Shown: positions 56,888 to 64,000 of the stretch, piece by piece | How positions within the stretch are numbered: position 1 is the stretch's first letter | How the letters are laid out: every line of letters starts with the position of its first letter | From: Eledone cirrhosa | Taxonomy: Eukaryota | Reading direction: 5' to 3' | NCBI GenBank assembly: GCA_964016885.1 | Contig: OZ024743.1 | Span: 228,780,001-228,844,000, forward strand | Length of the DNA stretch: 64,000 bases | Notes under the pieces: generated by a model | Databases searched by the model: none | Told to the model about the DNA's origin: nothing | The model's input: only the letters and a program-made list of their open reading frames with translations | Position numbers and translations under genes: made by a program

Positions 56888-57004
56888 GAAGAAGAAGAAG
56901 AAGAAGAAGAAGAAGAAGAAGAAGAAGAAGAAGAAGAAGAAGAAGAAGAAGAAGAAGAAGAAGAAGAAGAAGAAGAAGACGAAGAAGAAGAAGAAGAAGA
57001 AGAA
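56888..57004. repeat. (GAA)n microsatellite
   Basis: Directly visible. Confidence 0.95.
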
Positions 57005-58172
57005 TTAAAAAAGAAAAGAAATTTTATAAAAATGTCTTTTTTTGTGGTTATTTTTTGTTTATTTACCTCACCCCCTACCCCTCTTCATAGCCATACTACA
57101 ACCTAAGAGAAATACTGGCTGTGATTATGTTCCAAATATTAATATAGTTTTAAAAGGCCATTTAAATAGAAATTATATTTTTATTGCTCTATTACACAGA
57201 GAACTATTGAGATAGTTTTTCAATTATTTTCTCCTCGCTCATTTTATTATTATTATTATTTTAAATCTTCAAATACTTTTAAAGAGTTAAGTGTATTTAA
57301 AGAAGGTAGACATAGCTAGCTACCATTTTGAAGGAAGAAAGCTAATGTAATTCCACTACCATTAACATCATCACCACTAACTTCAATAGAAATACAAACT
57401 GATAAGTTGAAAATAATAAAAACAAAATTTAAAACAAAAATTATATTTCAACAGAAGTGGAGGGGGCAGGGGTCTTTCCAGTGTCAGACCACTTTATTGC
57501 CCTAAAGAAAATGATAAGGATTTGCTATGCAAATATACCGAAGTACTGTTCAAACCAAAGTCCATGATTGTAAACTAAAGTCAATGGATGTGTGTGTGTG
57601 TGTGTGGTGGGGGAGAATTATTATTTAACCCATGTTAATTAAGGGGTTGGATATCAACAGGATTTAGAGTGTTTATTCAACATCGTTTATATTGGATGAT
57701 AGTTGGAAAAAGCAAGCACCAGCTGAGGGAAGCAAGGAATTAAAAAGCTGGAAATATATAAAGTACTCAGGTAAATGTCCATTTGAAAGCTGCCTCACCT
57801 CCCCTGCTATGAGAACAGGTGTTGTAAGAACTTGTTAAACATCTCATGAGCCAAAATTATACATTCAGATATTATCCCTGCTAATGACTGTCAACTGCCA
57901 ATAGAAACAGCCACAACAATAACAAATATCAAGCTGAGACAAGAATTAAATAAGGAGGCTTGTGAGAGCTAAAGATTCTTTGAGAAAACTAAACTAAATA
58001 ATGAAGGAAGAAGTACAGAAGGCCTGTATCTGATTAAATATATTGCCAGGGATTAAACTAGGATGAGCTCTCTCTATGTGTGTGTGTATATCGATAGATA
58101 TACATAAATTTACGCACACACACACATATACATATAAATGCATACACACAAACACACATATATATATACATT

Positions 58173-58208
<36 letters not shown>

Positions 58209-58292
58209 CATTCACACACACATATATATATACATTCACACCCACACACATATATATATATATACATTCACACACACACATATATATACATT

Positions 58293-58358
<66 letters not shown>

Positions 58359-59235
58359 CGTGCACACACATATACTTAACAAAATGTCTACTAGAGAAAT
58401 CACATGCTGTTAAGTGCAAATGATTATATAGTTACTGAATTTTTGTTCCCCGAATTCTGACAGTAATTGTTGAGGCACCATATAAAGTATATATTACATG
58501 GTATTGGTTATTGATTTTAATACTGCCACAAGACCACATATTTGGAGAGGAGGATAATAGGTTCCATTTAGTTATGACTGACCATGGATTTGAAACAGGA
58601 CAATTACGTTCCAAGGTGTTTTGTGGAAGACCAGCAGTCAACAATGCATAGCAGTCTCCCTTCCCTAGGCCATGTTGTCCATAGATGTTTGTTAATCTGA
58701 ATGTTTTCATCCATGTATTTATAGCCTGTAACTTAACAGTCTGACAAAAATAAAGAAGGCTTGATAAAACAAGAATCAAACTTCATAAAATGAGTATTCA
58801 TGTTGATATGATCAACTAAATGGTGGTAGTGCCCCACCAAAGCTGCAATCTAATGACTGAAACCAGTACAAAAACTAAAACTATGTGTAAGTTTATATAT
58901 ATACATATATATATAAATATATCTGATGATTTCTTATAAATGAAACAGTTCTAGTCCTATAGTCATTTCTATAATAAAATACATATGCCTATACTCTATT
59001 GATGTACTAAGTAGCTTCCTTTTACTGTGGTTACCTCCCAATATACACCAGGAATCCACCTATATATATATATATTAATAGAGAGAGAGACTAACCAAGT
59101 TGTACTTAAAACATAATTATAATCCTACATATGTTTCAATGTAGAGGGGTGGGCCATCCTGGATAGCATCGAGCTTCTCTCAGCTTTACCCAGATTTATG
59201 TTGGAAAATCCCAATATCACCTATACTATATATAT

Positions 59236-59266
<31 letters not shown>

Positions 59267-59594
59267 CAGGAAAAAAAGCCCTTTTAAAGCATGTTTATTG
59301 CAACATATCTTGAAATTAAATGCAGAAGGTCTCAACGTTTCTGCAATATTTTTAGCACGAACAGTAACATTTGGAATAGAAGCCAATATATTGAAGATAT
59401 TCAGGGGTAATAAAAATAAATAAATGAATAAATAAATATATTCAATTTGATTTTCATGAAAAATGCATGTCTGCCTGCAACTACTGAAAGGCAGCTTGAC
59501 AGAATTGTATTGGAACTAACCGATATTTGGACAAATCCAGGTGTTAGTTTGTCAGTTGTCAGGCAAGGACAACGAAACTAAGAAAAAGAAAACG

Positions 59595-59985
59595 TGGTAG
59601 TGGTGGTGGAGGTGGTAGTGGTGGTCATGCTGCTGCCGGTGCTGGTAGTGGTGGTGTTAGTGGTAGTACTGATGGTGATGCTGTTGCTGTTAATGTTGTT
59701 GGTGTTGGTAGTGGTAGAGTGGTGGTGGTATAGTGGTTGTTGGTGGTGGTGTTAGTAAGACAGTGGTGGTGTTTGTATTGTTGTTGCTGGTGCTGGTAGT
59801 GGTGGTGGTATTGGTAGTAGTGATGGTGTTGGCATTGTTGTTGTTGTTAGTGTTGTTAGTGCTGGTAGTGGTAGAGGTGGTGGTGGTATTGGTAGTAGTT
59901 GTGGTGGTGTTGTTGATGCTGGTGGTATTGGTATTATTATTGGTAGTAGCAGTAGTGGTGGTGGTGGTATTGCTGGTTGTTGTAA
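59595..59985. repeat. Degenerate GGT/GTT/AGT trinucleotide tract
   Basis: Directly visible. Confidence 0.9.
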
Positions 59986-61092
59986 TGAAGGCATGAGGAG
60001 AAGGAATTCGAGACAGAGAGAGATAGAGAGATAGAGAGAGGATATTGTGCCAAAATATCCAACCTCTTTCCAGCTGTCTGTGACCAGTTAAAACTGGCCA
60101 TTGATGTAAGTATCCGACATGTTGACAGGGATCCCCTACAAAGGATATACACAGAACCACTGCTAACATGCGCTTGGCAACTCTAAGCAGTCAGTTAATT
60201 ATTAATAAATCCAACTCACAGCGAGAGGGGGTGTATAGAGGGGAGGTGAGATGGGTGAGAGGGGTTAGAGGGAGTAGACAGGGGAGTGGTTGGGAGAGAG
60301 GCTAGAGATAGGAAGGGAGAAAGAGGAGAGAGAGAGAGAGAAGAAGGGAGAAAGAGGGGAGAGAGAGAGAGCGGGGGGGCTGTAGATAATCTCTTCTGGG
60401 CAAAAGAGAGCAGTAAACATGGTTGACATTGTAGTGTGTGTATGTGAGTGTGTGTATCTTTGTGTGTGTAAGTGTGTCTATCTGAATGAGTGCGCATGTG
60501 TGTACATATGTATTATGCTTATATGTATTTTGTGCATATGTGCTGTATGGGCATAAAGTGTGTGTATGCATAGGTTTGAATGTATGATGGGTATGTATGT
60601 TTTGTGCATGTGTTGCATGTTGGAAGCCCATGTGTGTATATATGTGTACCTGTTTTGGATGTTTATATGTATTTTCTACACATGTGTGTCGTGTAGATAT
60701 GAATCTGAGTGTGTATGTGTGGGTGTACTAAGTTCGTTATTATGTTGTATGTGTGTGTGATACATGTGTGGATGTGTTGTGAGTTTGTGAGTGCTGTGTG
60801 TCATTTGTATGTTGTGTGTCATTTGTATGTTGTGTGAGAATGTATGTTAGATAGCTATGCATATGAGTATATAGTGTTTTGTTATTTTGATTTGTGTGCA
60901 TATATGGTGTGAGTTGGTATGCCTGTATGTGAATTTGTATGTGCCTATGTATACATGTGTGAGTGTTTGTAAAGTGAGCATGTATGCATCGGTATATCTA
61001 AATGTAAGATGTATTATATATCTATAGTGTGCTGACTCTGTGTGTGTGAGGCAAACATCTATGTACATTTATGTATGTATATGGACATGTGT

Positions 61093-61123
<31 letters not shown>

Positions 61124-61139
61124 CTGTATATATATAGTA

Positions 61140-61642
61140 ATAGTAATAAAATTGAAGACTAAAATCCAAAGAGGGCTCGATAAGGAAAATATATATCAAA
61201 TATATAAAAACCGTAGGGCAAATATTTATTAAAATAACAGATTAAAGTTTAAGCAAAGAATCGCTGCTTTCACCCTTAACGGGATCTTCTGAAACTAACA
61301 AAGTCAATCTGTAAACGCAGAACTGGATATTTCAAAAAACGTTGCAACCGGAGGAAGACAGGAAGACGATACTTTGGTTCGTGGAAACGTTCGCTGGCAA
61401 AGAACGGGAAAAAACGAATAATACGTCATTAATAGGAGCGGTGAAAAACAATTACGCGCAAAGACAGACCCCGTTTATGGTATAAAAGAGGTCGTAGACT
61501 AATGTTCTCTTAGGTGGTGCATAGAGACGTTCTCTGGCAATGAACGGAAAAATGAAGATAATAAGTCATATGTGGAGCGTGGAGAACAATAGCACGCAAA
61601 GACAAAACCACGTAAATGGTATAGCAGAAGTCGTAGACTAAA
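61140..61642 (-). mobile_element. Probable Penelope-like 3' terminal region with ~140-bp direct repeats and a degenerate hammerhead-like motif
   Basis: CpG-rich island with a repeated unit ACGTTC.CTGGCAA.GAACGG...GTCGTAGACTAA (61387-61502, 61526-61641). Minus strand reads CAGAAGA-TCCC-GTTAA-GGGT-GAAA, then AATAAA, then (TA)n. Confidence 0.45.
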
Positions 61643-63282
61643 ATACTAACTAGGAGACCAAATGAATCTCCACTACAGAGTTAAGAACAAAGTAAATAAA
61701 TACAATACAGAAGTAATAGAAACAAATAAATACATACACGCAAACAGATACGTACATACACAAGCATCCACAAAATTTTACCATAGGTATACGAAACCAC
61801 GCACATATATATGAATATGTGTGTATGTATGTGAACATATATGTATGGATATATTTGATGGAGAAAAAACAAGCAAAAGTACAAAAATGAAAGGTGGGCA
61901 ATATGCAAGAAGCTATATATAGAGTTGCTATTCTATACAAGAGAAAAGAAAGGAGCCAATCACCAGATCAGACCAAAGAAACTATGTTCCCAGTGGTCTT
62001 TCAATTGCTATTAGTTGGTTGCAATTCCTGACAGGAGAAGGTGGAATTTGATCGCAAAATGTACAGAGCCAGATCAGAAACCAGAAAAACTTCCTGTCTG
62101 ACTCTGTAGTGGCTGAGCATTCCACAAATATGTGCATCCTAAATGTTATTATCAAGGAGATGCAGGTGCTTCAAGTTACAGGTACAACTCATTTTTCTCC
62201 ATCTAGACGATCTAAGGCAACATGAAATAAAGTTTCTTGCCCAAGGACATGTGTGCCGAACACCCTAATGACAAAGCAATGAACCTGAACAGTCAAAATG
62301 TGTTGGGGTATAAATTAGAGCAGTAACCATATCAATCTTCCATTTATTTACCATCACACCCCACCATCTGGGTGTATAAGAACATACACAACTCTGAACT
62401 AGATGCTATATTCCAAGACTGTCATACTACATCCCATACAATCAATCATAGGATGGGAGTGAAGAGCACAGCATGGGCCAAAAAGCTAATGCTAATCAAG
62501 AATATAGCATAGTTTGTATGTATGTATGTATGTATGTGTATGTGTGTATGTGTATGTATATATATGTACATGCATGTTTGTGTATATGTATGTAATGTGT
62601 GTACATGTGTCTGTATGTGTGTGTATGTGTGGGTATATATATGTGTGTACATATATATATGTGTGTACATGTGTATGTATATATGTGTGAGTGTCTGTTA
62701 GATCTGTTGGTTATCTCTAGTTTTCCTTTGACTATTCCTGTAGTGTGTGCATGCCCAGCTAAGCACTAGCTACTCAAAACCCCACAACCCCAACTACAAT
62801 AAAAACTAGCCCTACATATTGAAAATATGTTGAATGATGGTGATTATTATTGTCCTGCAATAACACCAATAAATTTCCTACACATGTTATACACCCCATT
62901 GTGAATTAACAGTGACCAAAATATTAATATATATAATATAGTACACTTCAGCCAGCATGAATGATGTCACAAATCTCTCTGTCTCTCACCAACTTCAAAC
63001 CCCACCTTCACCACAAACCCCAATAGTAAACACTATTTTTGTTGTTGTTGTTTCAAGGAACACTACAGCCACTATTCGAAGAACAGAAGACTACCACAAT
63101 AAATCATCAGTGACAATTTCTCTAGTGTGAACACTGTCACCAAGGGTGATGTTGCCGTTACTACTACCAACCACCAATGCTACTTCTACTACTACTATGC
63201 ATACCCTTAACAGCAATACATTTACAACCCTTTACAACACTGTCAACTAACAGCATTATTATTGTTGTTAAAGAACAGTATA

Positions 63283-63483
63283 TTGGTTGATTTGTTAGAA
63301 TGTTGGACAAGATGCTTTGCAGGATTTGTTTCAGTTCTTTATGTTCTGAGTTCAACTTTGCCTTTAATCTTTCCAGAGGCAATAAAATAAAGTACCAAGG
63401 AAATACTGAGGTTAAGTTAACTGACTTTCCCATCCCTATAAATTGCTGGCCTTGTACCTAAATTAAAAACCAAAATTATCATT
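63283..63483 (+). mobile_element. Meta-like tRNA SINE copy
   Basis: CTGAGTTCAA, CTTTGCCTTTAATC, AATAAAGTACCA, AAATTGCTGGCCTTGTACCTAAATT. Confidence 0.75.
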
Positions 63484-63492
63484 CGGCGGAAG

Positions 63493-63538
63493 AACTGTCC
63501 TGATGAGATCCAGAAGCTCGAAATGTGCATAGACAGTT
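63493..63538 (+). ncRNA. Minimal type I hammerhead ribozyme, copy 1
   Basis: Stem I AACTGTC/GACAGTT; CTGATGA; stem II GATC-CAGAA-GCTC (one mismatch); GAAA; near-palindromic stem III TGTGCA; cleavage triplet ATA. Confidence 0.8.
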
Positions 63539-63707
63539 GTTCCCCATCTGCTTCTGCGAGAATATGCTAGACAACACTCTCTGCCAGCCTTTCAATATTC
63601 AAAACTTACACAAATTCATATACAAACAAAGCTAATCAGCCCACCTACACAAGCAAAAAATCTATATTTTTGCCTGTTTCATGTTCCAGGAGTGAGTAGA
63701 GGGAAGC

Positions 63708-63751
63708 ACTGTCCTGATGAAAGCCAGAAGCTTGAAATACGCATAGACAGT
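63708..63751 (+). ncRNA. Minimal type I hammerhead ribozyme, copy 2
   Basis: Stem I ACTGTC/GACAGT; CTGATGA; perfect stem II AAGC-CAGAA-GCTT; GAAA; TACGCA; ATA triplet; 214 bp downstream of copy 1 within a direct repeat. Confidence 0.85.
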
Positions 63752-64000
63752 TATCCCCCATTGATTCTGCTGGAATCCGCTAGACACCGCTGGCCCTCAG
63801 CCTTTCAATATTCATAGCTGGGCTTTCAAAATGTTATAAGTAGTTTTTCTTTGGTGATGTCCCCTTCCCTTTATTGTAAACTCTATCTGTGTTAGTTTAT
63901 CTGTTTGTATTGTCCCCAACATCTTAAACTATTGGGGCAAATAAATTATTATGATTATTTTAATTATTACTATTAGGATGGTGGATTGGGAGATTCGGTA

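Noticed and set aside
59690-60169. Thr/Asn-rich mucin-like ORF
   Set aside because: Degenerate trinucleotide tract open in several frames, with no supporting gene structure.

Overview
AT-rich eukaryotic non-coding DNA with no host protein-coding gene that I can recognise. The microsatellite load and repeat families suggest a cephalopod (Octopus-like) genome; this is inference. Contents: (i) several 5'-truncated RTE-clade LINEs of at least two young subfamilies, whose reverse transcriptase carries an in-frame C4-H-C3 PHD finger, all with (GAT)n tails and inserted in (TA)n; (ii) a tRNA/CORE-SINE sharing its 3' end with these LINEs, one copy fused to a 5S rRNA-derived sequence; (iii) a second tRNA-SINE (Meta-like core) forming head-to-tail arrays; (iv) a decayed R4/Dong restriction-like-endonuclease LINE; (v) piggyBac-, hAT- and Tigger-type MITEs; (vi) a 30-bp minisatellite and kilobase-scale TA/TACA arrays; (vii) several minimal type I hammerhead ribozyme motifs, including a tandem pair 214 bp apart with covarying stems (Penelope pLTR or retrozyme-like). 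Nearly all ORFs in the supplied track are microsatellite or antisense artefacts.
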